From Candidatus Sumerlaeaceae bacterium (GTDB taxonomy: Bacteria; Sumerlaeota; Sumerlaeia; Sumerlaeales; Sumerlaeaceae): a stretch of 64,000 bases of DNA. The notes beneath the pieces were generated by a model that was not told the DNA's origin, did no database searches, and saw only the letters and a list, made by a program, of their open reading frames with translations. Each line of letters begins with the position of its first letter. Position 1 is the first letter of the stretch. The position numbers and the translations under genes are program-made. Positions 27,050-37,430 of the stretch are shown piece after piece. Location of the stretch: NCBI GenBank assembly GCA_051003195.1, contig JBPCLP010000020.1, positions 64,001 through 128,000 on the forward strand, read 5' to 3'.

Positions 27050-27994
27050 ATGAGACAACGTCGTAATGTACTGCTGTGCCTATTTGCAGCCGTGATGATT
27101 CCATCTGCCGCAGTTGCGGCCGATAAAGAACTCACGGTTGGATTCTCCCAGATTGGTGCGGAAAACCCCTGGCGGACGGCAGAGACCAATTCGATCAAGT
27201 CGGAAGCGGAAAAGCGCAAGGTGAGCCTGAAGTTCAGCGATGCACAGGGCAAACAGGAGAACCAGATCCAGGCGCTGAAGGCATTCATCGCCCAGAAGGT
27301 GGACGCGATTATCCTGGCACCGGTTGTAGAGACGGGTTGGGAGCCAGTACTTAAGCAGGCGAAGCAGGCCAAGATCCCGGTCGTGCTGGTGGATCGCGGC
27401 GTTAAGGTAAGTGATGAGTCGCTATTCGCCACGCTCATTGCCTCTGACTTTATCGACGAGGGTCGCCAGGCGGCCGAGTGGCTGTCCAGGAAAACGAATG
27501 GCAAAGCCAATATCGTTGAACTGCAAGGCACACCGGGCGCGGCGCCGGCCATCGATCGCAAAAAGGGTTTCGAACAGGCAATCGCCAAACACCCGGAAAT
27601 GAAGATTATCAAAAGCCAGACGGGGGACTTCACTCGCTCAAAGGGCAAGGAAGTGATGGAAGCTTTCCTTAAGTCGGAAAAGGACATCACTGCGGTGTAT
27701 GCGCACAACGACGATATGGCACTTGGTGCCATCCAGGCGATCGAGGCAGCGGGGAAAAAGCCAGGAAAGGACATCCTGGTGGTTTCGATCGACGGCATGA
27801 AGGCGGCAATCGAAGCCGTTGCGGAGGGAAAAATTAACTGCACCGTCGAGTGCAATCCGCTGCTTGGCCCTGCAGCTTTTGATGCAGCTGAAGCCGCGAT
27901 TGCTGGCAAGGAACTGCCAAAGAAGACGATCGTTAAGGATGAGCTTTTCGACGAGTCCAACGCCAAACAGGTGCTGCCCGACCGGAAGTACTGA
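27050..27994 (+). CDS. ytfQ: Sugar ABC substrate-binding protein, galactofuranose YtfQ-like
   Basis: VGFSQIGAENPWRTAETNSIK, SDAQGKQENQI, AHNDDMALGAIQA, VECNPLLGP. Confidence 0.88.
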   Translation: MRQRRNVLLCLFAAVMIPSAAVAADKELTVGFSQIGAENPWRTAETNSIKSEAEKRKVSLKFSDAQGKQENQIQALKAFIAQKVDAIILAPVVETGWEPVLKQAKQAKIPVVLVDRGVKVSDESLFATLIASDFIDEGRQAAEWLSRKTNGKANIVELQGTPGAAPAIDRKKGFEQAIAKHPEMKIIKSQTGDFTRSKGKEVMEAFLKSEKDITAVYAHNDDMALGAIQAIEAAGKKPGKDILVVSIDGMKAAIEAVAEGKINCTVECNPLLGPAAFDAAEAAIAGKELPKKTIVKDELFDESNAKQVLPDRKY

Positions 27995-28022
27995 TCCCGC
28001 AGCATCCGTCGTTGTTCCTGCA

Positions 28023-29075
28023 TCACTGATTCTTGTAGTGGACCTCGCTCACCTGCCGCAGCCGTTCCGCAGCGTGTTCCGGTGTGATGTCGCGCTGGGG
28101 GGTACCCAGCATCTCGAAACCGACCATGAACTTCTGCACTTCCGCCGATCGCAGAAGCGGCGGATAAAAGTGTGCGTGCAGGTGCCAGTGCTGGCCACCG
28201 GCCGTATTCGCGACGGGAAGCTGGTGAAAACCCATGGAGTATGGAAACGACGTTTCAAAAACATTATCGTAGCGCGTTGTAAGCCGCTTCAGAATCTCGG
28301 CGAGCTCATCCCGCTCCTCATCTTGCAACTCCCCCAGATGCGCGACATGGCGCCGTGAGATGAGCAAGGTCTCGAATGGCCATTTGGCCCAGAACGGCAC
28401 CACCACCAACCAGGAAGCGTTTGCGCAAACCACGCGCTCAGCGTGCAGCACCTCCGCTTCCGCATAAGCGCACAGCAAACACATGTTCTCCCGCTGCAAA
28501 TACTCCTGCTGCGTCACGGCTTCCTTCGCGGGCTCCACCGGCAATGACTCAGTTGCCCAGATCTGCCCATGCGGATGCGGGTTGCTGCATCCCATGAGCG
28601 CTCCCTTGTTCTCGAAAATTTGAACATGTCCAATGCCGGGCTGGCTGCTTAGCTCGAGGTATTGCTCCGTCCACATGTCCACCACGACGCGCAGCTCGTG
28701 TGTTGGCAGCTCCGGCAGCGTGAGGTCGTGCCTGGGTGAAAAGCAGACAACTTTGCATACGCCGGACTCGGTTTCTGCCCGAAACAGCGCCTGCTCATCC
28801 ATGCGTGAGGAATGGTGCGATGGAAGCAGAGCCGGGTAATCGTTCTCAAAAACGAAAACGGAGGCATATTGCGGATTCCGCGCAGCGCCTGAACGTTCAT
28901 TGCCCGGGCACAAATAGCAGCCGGGATCATAGGATGGCCGGGCGTCCGCGACAGGTTTTTCCCGCTTACCCTGCCATGGCCTTTGCAACCGGTGCGGGCT
29001 TACCAGGACCCACTCTCCAGCGAGAGGGTTGTATCGCCGGTGCGGCGAACTGATGAAAACGTTATCCAATGCCAT
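28023..29075 (-). CDS. galT: Galactose-1-phosphate uridylyltransferase
   Basis: [52 protein letters not shown]. Confidence 0.96.
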   Translation of the reverse strand: MALDNVFISSPHRRYNPLAGEWVLVSPHRLQRPWQGKREKPVADARPSYDPGCYLCPGNERSGAARNPQYASVFVFENDYPALLPSHHSSRMDEQALFRAETESGVCKVVCFSPRHDLTLPELPTHELRVVVDMWTEQYLELSSQPGIGHVQIFENKGALMGCSNPHPHGQIWATESLPVEPAKEAVTQQEYLQRENMCLLCAYAEAEVLHAERVVCANASWLVVVPFWAKWPFETLLISRRHVAHLGELQDEERDELAEILKRLTTRYDNVFETSFPYSMGFHQLPVANTAGGQHWHLHAHFYPPLLRSAEVQKFMVGFEMLGTPQRDITPEHAAERLRQVSEVHYKNQ

Positions 29076-29144
29076 ACGCGCCGCTTTCACTTCCTCCATT
29101 CTGCCATTGCAAAGAAAGGTTTGGGAGTTCGGTTCATCAGCCGC

Positions 29145-30695
29145 ATGTGTGCCTCTGAATACGCAACTCCACTCCTGACGATGCGCGGCATCAGTAAAAC
29201 ATTTGCCGGCATGTATGCGCTGGCGGATGTCGAGTTCACTGCGCGGTCGGGCGAAATCCATGCGCTGATGGGCGAAAACGGGGCAGGCAAAAGCACACTG
29301 CTGAAAGTGCTGACCGGGGTTTATGCGCGTGATGCCGGAACCGTTCTGCTGGAGGGACAGCCCTTTTACCCGGGCTCTCCCGCGGAGGCGCAGGACCTCG
29401 GCGTGAGCACCGTCTACCAGGAAGTGAACCTGATTCCCCAGCTTTCGGTTGCGGAAAACATCTGCCTGGGCCGGCAACCGGGGCGGCTTGGCCTGATCAG
29501 TCGGCGCGGGGTAAGGCGCCGCGCAGAAGCAGCACTGGAGCGGCTGGGGCTGAAGCTGGATGTCAGCCGCACGTTGAGCGCTTACTCTATTGCAATTCAG
29601 CAAATGGTGGCAATCGCGCGTGCGCTGGACGTCTCCGCCCGTTTGCTGGTGCTGGATGAACCGACGTCGAGCCTGGACGCGGAGGAGGTTCGGCGCCTGT
29701 TTTATGTTATGAGAAAGCTGCGCGCTGAAGGCCTGGGTATCGTCTTCGTCACACACTTCCTCGAGCAGGTATACGAAGTGACGGATCGCATTACCGTGCT
29801 TCGCAATGGTCGCCTGGTGGGCGAATATGTTACGGCCGAGCTGCCGCGCCTGCATCTTGTAGCGCACATGCTCGGCAAGGGGCTTGCCGCCCATAAACAA
29901 GAAGAGCAACACGCACACGAACAACGTGCGGCCAGCACGCACACTGTACCGTTGCTGGAAGTGAGGGGTGCGTCCGCACGCGGATGGAGGGAGCCGTTCG
30001 ATCTGTCAGTCCGTTGCGGAGAAGTGATGGGGCTGGCAGGATTGTTAGGCTCTGGACGAACTGAAGTGGCGCGCCTGCTGTTTGGCGTCGACGCGGCGGA
30101 TCGCGGCTCATTTCTACTCGATGGCAAGGCGGTCAGTCTGAGTTCGCCGCGGCAGGCGATCCGACGTGGTTTTGGATTCTCCTCGGAGGATCGGAAGACC
30201 GAAGGTATCGTACCCGAGCTCTCGGTACGTGAAAATATGATCCTGGCGCTGCAGGCGCGCCGCGGCTGGCTGCGTAAGTTCCCGCGCAAACAGCAGCAGC
30301 AGATTGCCGATCGATACATCGCGGCTCTCAACATTGCGACTTCCAACGCGGAGAAGCGCATTGGGCAGCTCAGCGGAGGCAACCAACAGAAGGTGCTGCT
30401 GGCGCGCTGGCTCGCGTGCGATCCGCGTTTCCTGATCCTGGATGAGCCTACACGCGGTATCGATATCGGCGCGAAAGCTGAAATCGAGAAGCTGACGCGC
30501 GAGCTGTGCGAGAAGGGCATGGCGTTGCTGTTCATCTCGTCGGAGCTGGATGAGGTGCTGCGATGCAGCAACCGAATCGCCGTGATGCGGGATCGTCGAA
30601 AGGTCGCTGAGATTTCAGCCGAAGATGCAACGGAGGCCGGACTGATGAGCATCATCGCGGAAGGATCTTCGACGCCCGGGCAACCGCATGCCTGA
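29145..30695 (+). CDS. ytfR: Sugar ABC transporter ATP-binding protein (tandem NBD)
   Basis: [34 protein letters not shown]. Confidence 0.88.
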   Translation: MCASEYATPLLTMRGISKTFAGMYALADVEFTARSGEIHALMGENGAGKSTLLKVLTGVYARDAGTVLLEGQPFYPGSPAEAQDLGVSTVYQEVNLIPQLSVAENICLGRQPGRLGLISRRGVRRRAEAALERLGLKLDVSRTLSAYSIAIQQMVAIARALDVSARLLVLDEPTSSLDAEEVRRLFYVMRKLRAEGLGIVFVTHFLEQVYEVTDRITVLRNGRLVGEYVTAELPRLHLVAHMLGKGLAAHKQEEQHAHEQRAASTHTVPLLEVRGASARGWREPFDLSVRCGEVMGLAGLLGSGRTEVARLLFGVDAADRGSFLLDGKAVSLSSPRQAIRRGFGFSSEDRKTEGIVPELSVRENMILALQARRGWLRKFPRKQQQQIADRYIAALNIATSNAEKRIGQLSGGNQQKVLLARWLACDPRFLILDEPTRGIDIGAKAEIEKLTRELCEKGMALLFISSELDEVLRCSNRIAVMRDRRKVAEISAEDATEAGLMSIIAEGSSTPGQPHA

Positions 30696-31722
30696 CGTCC
30701 GGGGAGTGTTCCGTTCTTTGGGTCAGTTGTTCTGGCCGATGCTCGCGCTGGTGGTATTGCTTGGGTATAACGCAATCGTCAGTCCCGGGTTCTTTCACCT
30801 GGAGATGCAGGAAAATGGACGGCTGTATGGCAGCATGATCGACGTGCTCCAACGAGCCGCGCCGGTCCTGCTGCTCGCACTGGGGATGACGCTGGTAATA
30901 GCGACCGGCGGGGTCGATCTTTCTGTGGGTGCGGTGATGGCCATCGCCGGAACTGTTGCCGCATATCTTGTTTCGACGGGGCACTCGTTCTGGATTGCGT
31001 TAGTCGCTGCTGTTGTCGTGTCGCTGTTGTGTGGTTTGATCAACGGGTTGCTCGTTGCGGGACTCAACATTCAGCCGATTGTAGCGACACTGATCCTTAT
31101 GGTGGCAGGGCGCGGTGTGGCGCAGCTCATATCGGACGGGCAGATGATTCCGTTTACCAACCCTTTGCTGCTCTTTGTTGGCGGAGGGTTTCTCGCTGGG
31201 ATACCATTTGCGGTGTTGCTGGCGCTTGGTGCTTATCTTGTTACGCATCTGTTTGTGCGTAGCACCGCGCTTGGATTGTTCATCGAATCGGTGGGAGGGA
31301 ATCCAACCGCCAGCCGCTTCGCGGGGCTACCTGCAGGTCTCGTTAAGTGCCTTGCGTACGTTTTCAGTGGGCTGTGCGCAGGCGCCGCCGGGCTCATCGC
31401 AACGTCTGACATTCATGCCGCTGACCCTGGAAAATCCGGACTGTACCTCGAGCTGGATGCAATCCTGGCGGTGGTTATCGGGGGCACCGCGCTTACAGGC
31501 GGACGGTTCAGCCTGGCGGGCTCGCTGCTGGGCGCGATCCTGATGCAGGCACTGACGACGACCATCATCACGCGAGGCGTGCAGGTTGAGTATGCGCTGA
31601 TTATCAAAGCGCTGGTCATACTAGCCGTGTGCCTGCTTCAGTCGCCACGTATCAGAACATCCGGCTTGCTGCGTCGCAGTACTCCAAAACCGACACTCCA
31701 TGCGAGCGGTGCTTCTGAGTGA
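30688..31722 (+). CDS. ytfT: Sugar ABC permease
   Basis: GMTLVIATGGVDLSVGAV, IQPIVATLILMVAGRG, LELDAILAVVIGG. Confidence 0.85.
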   Translation: MPDVRGVFRSLGQLFWPMLALVVLLGYNAIVSPGFFHLEMQENGRLYGSMIDVLQRAAPVLLLALGMTLVIATGGVDLSVGAVMAIAGTVAAYLVSTGHSFWIALVAAVVVSLLCGLINGLLVAGLNIQPIVATLILMVAGRGVAQLISDGQMIPFTNPLLLFVGGGFLAGIPFAVLLALGAYLVTHLFVRSTALGLFIESVGGNPTASRFAGLPAGLVKCLAYVFSGLCAGAAGLIATSDIHAADPGKSGLYLELDAILAVVIGGTALTGGRFSLAGSLLGAILMQALTTTIITRGVQVEYALIIKALVILAVCLLQSPRIRTSGLLRRSTPKPTLHASGASE

Positions 31723-32696
31723 AATTCGGAATCTCACAACACGTAATGCCGCTGCTCGCCACGACCGTTGTGTGCGCCGGGCTCTACGCTGCTGCTGCAC
31801 TCAAGTACGAAAATTTTGCGTCGGCGTCGGTGCTCGTCAACCTCCTGACAGACAACGCGTTTCTTGGAATCGCGGCCGTCGGCATGACGTTCGTTATTCT
31901 CTCGGGCGGAATCGACCTATCGGTCGGAGCCGTTATTGGTGCGGTGAGTATTGCGTCGGGAATCCTGATTGAGCAGAAGCATCTGTCACCCGCTGTCGTG
32001 ATTCCAGGGCTTCTGTTAGGTGGACTGCTCTTTGGAGCAGGACAGGGTGCGATTGTTGAGTATTTCCGTCTGCCGGCTTTCCTGGTAACGCTCGCCGGTA
32101 TGTTCCTGGCGCGCGGCCTGGCATTCGTAACCAGCCTTGAATCGGTCCCAATTGCGAACGACTGGTATATGCAGGTCAGCGGGCTGGCGTGGCCACGTGA
32201 GGCGGAGACCCGCTTCGGAATAGTGCCGGTGATCTTCGTGAGTGTGCTGCTCATCGCTATGGTGGTCGCGCACCTGACCCGCTTCGGCAGAAATGTTTAC
32301 GCGGTAGGCGGCAACGAGCAAGCTGCCGTGCTGATGGGACTGCCGGTGGGCCGCACGAAAATCAGCGTGTACGCTATCAGTGGTTTGTGTTCTGCAATGG
32401 CGGGCGTTGTTCACACACTCTACAGCCAGTCAGGCAATGCCACAGCGGGGACAGGACTCGAGTTGGATGCCATTGCTGCGGTGGTGATTGGCGGCACGCT
32501 GCTGACGGGCGGAGTTGGTTATATGGCTGGCACTTTTCTAGGTGTGCTGATTTTTGGCATCATCCAGACGGCGATTACGTTCCAGGGAACATTGAACTCG
32601 TGGTGGACAAAAATCGTAATCGCGTTTCTGTTGCTGTGCTTTATTGCGCTGCAGAAGGCGCTGACCCACCTCGGTCGTACAAGGCAGCGATCCTAA
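31719..32696 (+). CDS. yjfF: Sugar ABC permease
   Basis: DNAFLGIAAVGMTFVILSGGIDLSVG, GTLNSWWTKI. Confidence 0.87.
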   Translation: MKFGISQHVMPLLATTVVCAGLYAAAALKYENFASASVLVNLLTDNAFLGIAAVGMTFVILSGGIDLSVGAVIGAVSIASGILIEQKHLSPAVVIPGLLLGGLLFGAGQGAIVEYFRLPAFLVTLAGMFLARGLAFVTSLESVPIANDWYMQVSGLAWPREAETRFGIVPVIFVSVLLIAMVVAHLTRFGRNVYAVGGNEQAAVLMGLPVGRTKISVYAISGLCSAMAGVVHTLYSQSGNATAGTGLELDAIAAVVIGGTLLTGGVGYMAGTFLGVLIFGIIQTAITFQGTLNSWWTKIVIAFLLLCFIALQKALTHLGRTRQRS

Positions 32697-32771
32697 GTCT
32701 GTAAAAGTGTTCGATACTTTTTAGACCGCGTGCGAATCGTGCTGTTGGCGGTCTGAGTGCGCGGCTGCACA

Positions 32772-33143
32772 TCAAAATTCAATCAGCCCCAGGCTGACCT
32801 GCAAAGCCTGGTCTACCTTTCCCATGGTTTGCGGACTCAATGTGCCCAGCCGTTTTACCAGCCGCTGCTTATCGATTGAACGGATCTGATTGAGCAGCAC
32901 AACGCCCTCGCGTCCGAGATTGCCTTCGCCCGCAGCAATTCGAACTTCGGTCGGGTAAAGCTTCTCTCCTACCTGAGAAGTCATCGCGGCAACGATCGTG
33001 ACGGGACTGTGTTTGTTGCCCATATCGTTTTGCAAAATCAAAGCGGGCCGGGTCTTCTTAATCTCCGATCCAATCGTAGGATCAAAATTGACGAGGTAGA
33101 TTTCGCCTCGCTTCGGGGCTAACGCTTTCGGTCTGGTAGGCAT
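32772..33143 (-). CDS. mazF: MazF/PemK (EndoA-like) endoribonuclease toxin
   Basis: RGEIYLVNFDPTIGSEIKKTRPALILQND, LNQIRSIDKQRL. Confidence 0.95.
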   Translation of the reverse strand: MPTRPKALAPKRGEIYLVNFDPTIGSEIKKTRPALILQNDMGNKHSPVTIVAAMTSQVGEKLYPTEVRIAAGEGNLGREGVVLLNQIRSIDKQRLVKRLGTLSPQTMGKVDQALQVSLGLIEF

Positions 33144-33382
33144 GCATCATTTTCAATCGGATACCAGTCGGCTGCCAGGGAAAGATCCCGCTGAGCATGC
33201 ACGGAGGCACCTTCTTTGAGAAGTTTTCGGAGCTCAGCCTTGCCCCGCTCCTGCACATAGAAACGTACGGCTTCGGACAAGAACCGGCTGCGACCGCCCT
33301 TTGGCGCTACTCCGTCAATAAGCCGCAGCGTGTCTTCGGGCAAAGTGATGTTCAAACGCTTGTGTGCTGTTTTCGTAGTCAT
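33119..33382 (-). CDS. Ribbon-helix-helix antitoxin (EndoAI/MazE-like)
   Basis: KRLNITLPEDTL..ID...RSRFLSEAV..Y. Overlaps the mazF start. Confidence 0.85.
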   Translation of the reverse strand: MTTKTAHKRLNITLPEDTLRLIDGVAPKGGRSRFLSEAVRFYVQERGKAELRKLLKEGASVHAQRDLSLAADWYPIENDACLPDRKR

Positions 33383-33392
33383 TATATTAGTA

Positions 33393-33411
33393 TACACACC
33401 CAACGTGTGTA
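33393..33411. promoter_or_regulatory. Inverted-repeat operator candidate upstream of the antitoxin
   Basis: TACACAC-ccaac-GTGTGTA is a perfect 7-bp inverted repeat 10 nt from the start codon, next to TATACT/TAATAT -10-like hexamers on the minus strand. Confidence 0.65.
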
Positions 33412-33470
33412 AAGAAATCAATCCAAATCGGCACAAAATGAACACGAGCTTCCGCGAGAGAGCCGCCGCG

Positions 33471-34970
33471 TTAACCCATAGCAGCTTCGAGCAGCGCGGT
33501 TTCCGTGGCCTCCGTTGCCGCGTATTCGGCGGTGAGCCTTCCGCGGGAGAGTACAAGAATACGGTCGGCGAGGCCCAGCACTTCCGGCATTTCGGATGAG
33601 ACAAAGAGAATTCCGATTCCTTCGTCAGCCAGCCGACGGAGGACTTTGTAGATTTCGGCCTTCGCGCCGACGTCGATACCGCGGGTCGGCTCGTCGAGCA
33701 GCATCACTTTTGGATTCGTCATAAGCCAGCGTGTGAGAATAACTTTTTGCTGATTTCCTCCGGAGAGGCTTTCGATGGGAATGGAATCCGAAGCGCGACG
33801 GATTTTCATGACCGCGCCGTGGTGCTCCATGGCCTTTCGCTCGCTGCGTGAAGTGATAAGGCCGAAATACGCGAGCCGGCGAAGCTGCGCGATGGTGGCA
33901 TTGGCGAGAACCGACTGCTGCCGAAAAATGCCAAGTCCGCCGCGGTCTTCGGTAACAAGCCCTATTCCAAAGTCGATCGCCTGGACTGGAGAGCTGGGCC
34001 GGATCTCGCGACCATCAAGCTCAATGCGGCCAGTCCAGTGGTGACCCGCGGCACCAAAAAGTGTTTCTAGAAGTTCCGTACGCCCCGCGCCGACGAGACC
34101 GGAAATGCCCAGGATTTCTCCGCGCCGGAGATCGAACGAAATGTCGTGGAAGCATGGGCGTCCGCCACGCGATGCGCTGAGTTGTTCGACCCGCAGCACA
34201 GGCTTGGCATGCTCTGCGGCCACTGGGCGCAGCGGATAATAATCGCCCAGCTTCCGACCAACCATCGACTGCACGAGATCTGACTCGGTGACGTCTTTGA
34301 CATTCCCCTCGGCGACAGTCTGGCCGTCGCGTAAAACTGTGAAGGTATCCGCCAGTTCGAATATCTCGGGCATCTTGTGGGAGATGTAGATAATGCTGAC
34401 GCCTTCGCAACGCAGGCGTTTGACGGTGCGGAAAAGCACGCGCACTTCGCTTTCGCCCAGGGCGCTCGTGGGTTCGTCGAGAATGAGCAGCCGCGTGCGC
34501 CGCGTGAGTGCGCGAGCGACTTCGACCATCTGACGAAGAGCAACGGGCAGACACTCTACCAGCACATCGGGATCGATATCGATTTCCAGCTGACGGAACA
34601 GATCGGTTGCCGAGGAACGCAGACGACGGCGATCAATCGTGCCGGCATGGGTACGGAGCTCCTGCCCCAGGTAGAGATTTTCGGCTGCAGAAAGCGCCGG
34701 GACGAGATTGAGCTCCTGGTGGACGATGGAAACGCCGGCCGCCATTGCCGCACTGGGCGTGCGGAAGTCCACGGACACACCATCCAGCAGCACACTGCCG
34801 CTGTCCGCCCGATGCACACCAGCCAGGATTTTGGAAAGCGTGCTCTTGCCGCTGCCATTCTCGCCAATGAGTGCATGGACTTCAGCGCGCTCAACACGCA
34901 TAGCCGCATTGGACAAAGCGAGGGTTGCCCCGAAACGCCTGGTGAGATCAGATACTTCGAGCATGCTCAT
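33471..34970 (-). CDS. Sugar ABC transporter ATP-binding protein (RbsA-like)
   Basis: [38 protein letters not shown]. Confidence 0.93.
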   Translation of the reverse strand: MSMLEVSDLTRRFGATLALSNAAMRVERAEVHALIGENGSGKSTLSKILAGVHRADSGSVLLDGVSVDFRTPSAAMAAGVSIVHQELNLVPALSAAENLYLGQELRTHAGTIDRRRLRSSATDLFRQLEIDIDPDVLVECLPVALRQMVEVARALTRRTRLLILDEPTSALGESEVRVLFRTVKRLRCEGVSIIYISHKMPEIFELADTFTVLRDGQTVAEGNVKDVTESDLVQSMVGRKLGDYYPLRPVAAEHAKPVLRVEQLSASRGGRPCFHDISFDLRRGEILGISGLVGAGRTELLETLFGAAGHHWTGRIELDGREIRPSSPVQAIDFGIGLVTEDRGGLGIFRQQSVLANATIAQLRRLAYFGLITSRSERKAMEHHGAVMKIRRASDSIPIESLSGGNQQKVILTRWLMTNPKVMLLDEPTRGIDVGAKAEIYKVLRRLADEGIGILFVSSEMPEVLGLADRILVLSRGRLTAEYAATEATETALLEAAMG

Positions 34971-35076
34971 GCCGGCGTGTCATAGAAATACCATAGAAAA
35001 TGCAGACCTGCTGCAGATACAAACTTTGTTCTGCCGCAGGCCTGCGAGATTCTCAGTGGGTGTTTCTTCACATGGT

Positions 35077-36072
35077 CTATTGCAGATACTTGGGATTTAC
35101 TTCAAATCCCCAGGTCTTCAGCGTCTGGGCCCATTCCTTCAGGTTGTCTTTTGTGACGGGAACGAGCTCGCTTATATTGCGCTCTTTAACTTCCTTGCCC
35201 TGTGCTTTCGCCAGCAGCAGGTCGACGCTCTGGGTGCCCCAGTCGAAAACTTTCTGCGCGAGCAAAATCTGTGCGACACCCGTTTCGACATACGGCAGCT
35301 CGGCAGGCAGTGCATCCACGGCAACGATTTTGGTTACACCGGGCTTCATCTTTAAAAGCGCGTCGGTAAATAGCGGCCACCCGCCGATCATTGCCCAGCC
35401 CACGATATCCGGATTGCTCTTCATTACGTCTTCGACTTTGCTGGCGGCATCCTGAGGTGTTTCCTTGTGGTAGAATACGTCGGTGCTCTTGTCGATTGTA
35501 TAGCCCAGTTCCTTGCCTTTGCTCATGACGCCCTGGACGCGCAGCTGCAGGTTCGGAGCGGTCTGGTTTCCGGCCAACACGGCGATACGGCCCTTCTTTC
35601 CGCCGAGTGCCTTGTCGAGTTCCGCCATAACGCGCTCACCTGTCTGGATATCATCGACACCAAAATAGGCGAATCGCTTGCTTTTGGGCGCGTCGCTGTC
35701 GAAACACATTACCGGCACGCCTTTACCAACGGCATCGTTGATTGCGTTGGTGACTTTGCTGGCATCTGAGCAGGCGATGGAAATTCCATCCACGCCCGCG
35801 TTTACAAGCTGCTCGATGTTGTCAGCCTGCTTTTGCGCATCTTCATCGTTGGGCGTGCGCCAGTCGATCTTAATTTCGAGCCCGTCCTTGCTCAGCTCTT
35901 TCGCGCGGGACTGAGCCCCTTTGAGTGCGGCCTGGAATACGGGATTCGAATTGCTTTTCGCAATCACCCCGAAGGTGAAGCTCTTCTTCTCCGACGCCGG
36001 CTTTTTCGCTGCATCCTGCGCCCAGGCGGCACCGATCGCCAGCACCAATCCTGCGGTTATAAACAACCTCAT
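35077..36072 (-). CDS. Sugar ABC substrate-binding protein (RbsB-like)
   Basis: Signal peptide, IAKSNSNPVF, GVPVMCFDSD. Confidence 0.9.
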   Translation of the reverse strand: MRLFITAGLVLAIGAAWAQDAAKKPASEKKSFTFGVIAKSNSNPVFQAALKGAQSRAKELSKDGLEIKIDWRTPNDEDAQKQADNIEQLVNAGVDGISIACSDASKVTNAINDAVGKGVPVMCFDSDAPKSKRFAYFGVDDIQTGERVMAELDKALGGKKGRIAVLAGNQTAPNLQLRVQGVMSKGKELGYTIDKSTDVFYHKETPQDAASKVEDVMKSNPDIVGWAMIGGWPLFTDALLKMKPGVTKIVAVDALPAELPYVETGVAQILLAQKVFDWGTQSVDLLLAKAQGKEVKERNISELVPVTKDNLKEWAQTLKTWGFEVNPKYLQ

Positions 36073-36074
36073 GG

Positions 36075-37238
36075 TTATCCCTCCATCGCTTCTTCTGTTG
36101 TTAATTCCAAACTTTTGTCGCGCTTCGGCACCGCTCCCTGCCGACGGAGCAGCAGCGTGTTAACACGGTCCAGCACCACCGCGATAATGATGACCACGCC
36201 AATGATGATCTGGCTATAGTTCTGGTCCCACCTCAGGATGATGATCGCATTATAAATCATCTGCAGAATGAGCGCGCCAAGCAGGGCACCGAAAGCGGAA
36301 CCGCGACCGCCGCTGAGACTCGCGCCCCCGACAACCGCGGACGCAATGACTCCAAGCTCATATCCGTTACCGGCGTCGCTGCTTGCAGAGCCGTAATATC
36401 CCAGCATGATCGTGGCAGCGATGCCACACATGAGGCCGGAGATTGTGTAGACGAGAATCTTCGCCGGCGCAATTGGAACACCGCAATAACGGGCGGCCTG
36501 CTCATTGCTGCCGAGCGCGAACAGGCGGCGGCCGAACACGGTGCTGCGCAACACCCACGCGCCAATCGCAGTCACGACTACCATGATTACCATTGGAATT
36601 GGGTACAGGCCACTTTCACCGGCGCGGCCGAAAAGCTGGTTGAGGTCGAGCCGGATAAATTTGTCCGTGAAGGAGGTGGGGAAATCTCCGATACTCTGGC
36701 CGATGGCCAACGAGCCCTCCGATGCGAACCAGCTCGGGCAAACAAACGCGACGCCGCGAAATGCCGCCATCGTTCCCAGCGTGATGATAAATGGGTGCAC
36801 GCGCAGCAGCACCACAAGCAGTCCGTTGATGAGGCCGCAAAGCGCTCCGACGAGAAGGCAGGCGGCAATACCGGCAGTGACAGCGACGACAGGGGGTGCA
36901 TTGGACTGTGAACCGACAACTCCAAACCGGTGCAACACCATCGCGCCCGCGACCGCGGAGAGAGCATAGATACTGCCGACTGACAGATCGATGCCGCCAC
37001 TGAGAATCACGAGGGACGCACCTACGGCCATAATGGCGAAGAAACTGGTGTTCTTGGCAAGCTGCACCAGGTTGTCGGCGCGGAGGAATTTGTTCACCTC
37101 CACGCGATCACCCTGCCGATTCAGGGCAGTCGTATTGCCACCATAGACCGTGAGCAGGGCTCCAGTCAGCACAATGACGAGCAGAAGCCCAAGCTCCTGG
37201 AATTGAAAGAGACGTCGAATCACGGGGGGCGATGTCAT
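36075..37238 (-). CDS. Sugar ABC permease (RbsC-like)
   Basis: ILSGGIDLSVGS, HPFIITLG, GYELGVIASAVVGGASLSGGRG. Confidence 0.92.
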   Translation of the reverse strand: MTSPPVIRRLFQFQELGLLLVIVLTGALLTVYGGNTTALNRQGDRVEVNKFLRADNLVQLAKNTSFFAIMAVGASLVILSGGIDLSVGSIYALSAVAGAMVLHRFGVVGSQSNAPPVVAVTAGIAACLLVGALCGLINGLLVVLLRVHPFIITLGTMAAFRGVAFVCPSWFASEGSLAIGQSIGDFPTSFTDKFIRLDLNQLFGRAGESGLYPIPMVIMVVVTAIGAWVLRSTVFGRRLFALGSNEQAARYCGVPIAPAKILVYTISGLMCGIAATIMLGYYGSASSDAGNGYELGVIASAVVGGASLSGGRGSAFGALLGALILQMIYNAIIILRWDQNYSQIIIGVVIIIAVVLDRVNTLLLRRQGAVPKRDKSLELTTEEAMEG

Positions 37239-37430
37239 TCGGCCAATTTGCGAGAATCAATGCGAATAGGCGACCGCCAACCGGGCGCATTCTGTTGTTC
37301 TCTTCAATGAGATCATCTGGAAGAGTGTGAAAGGTGCGGACAGCGTCATGCCGGCCCCGGTGCGCGCGGCATTTATACGCCCAATACACGACGATGATGA
37401 CAAAGAGGATGATTAGCTGCCGCTGAACCT

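Noticed and set aside
29076..29942. Apparent ~290-aa N-terminal extension of GalT (ORF 28023..29942)
   Set aside because: It is the antisense frame of the ABC ATPase gene. GalT homology starts near 29075.
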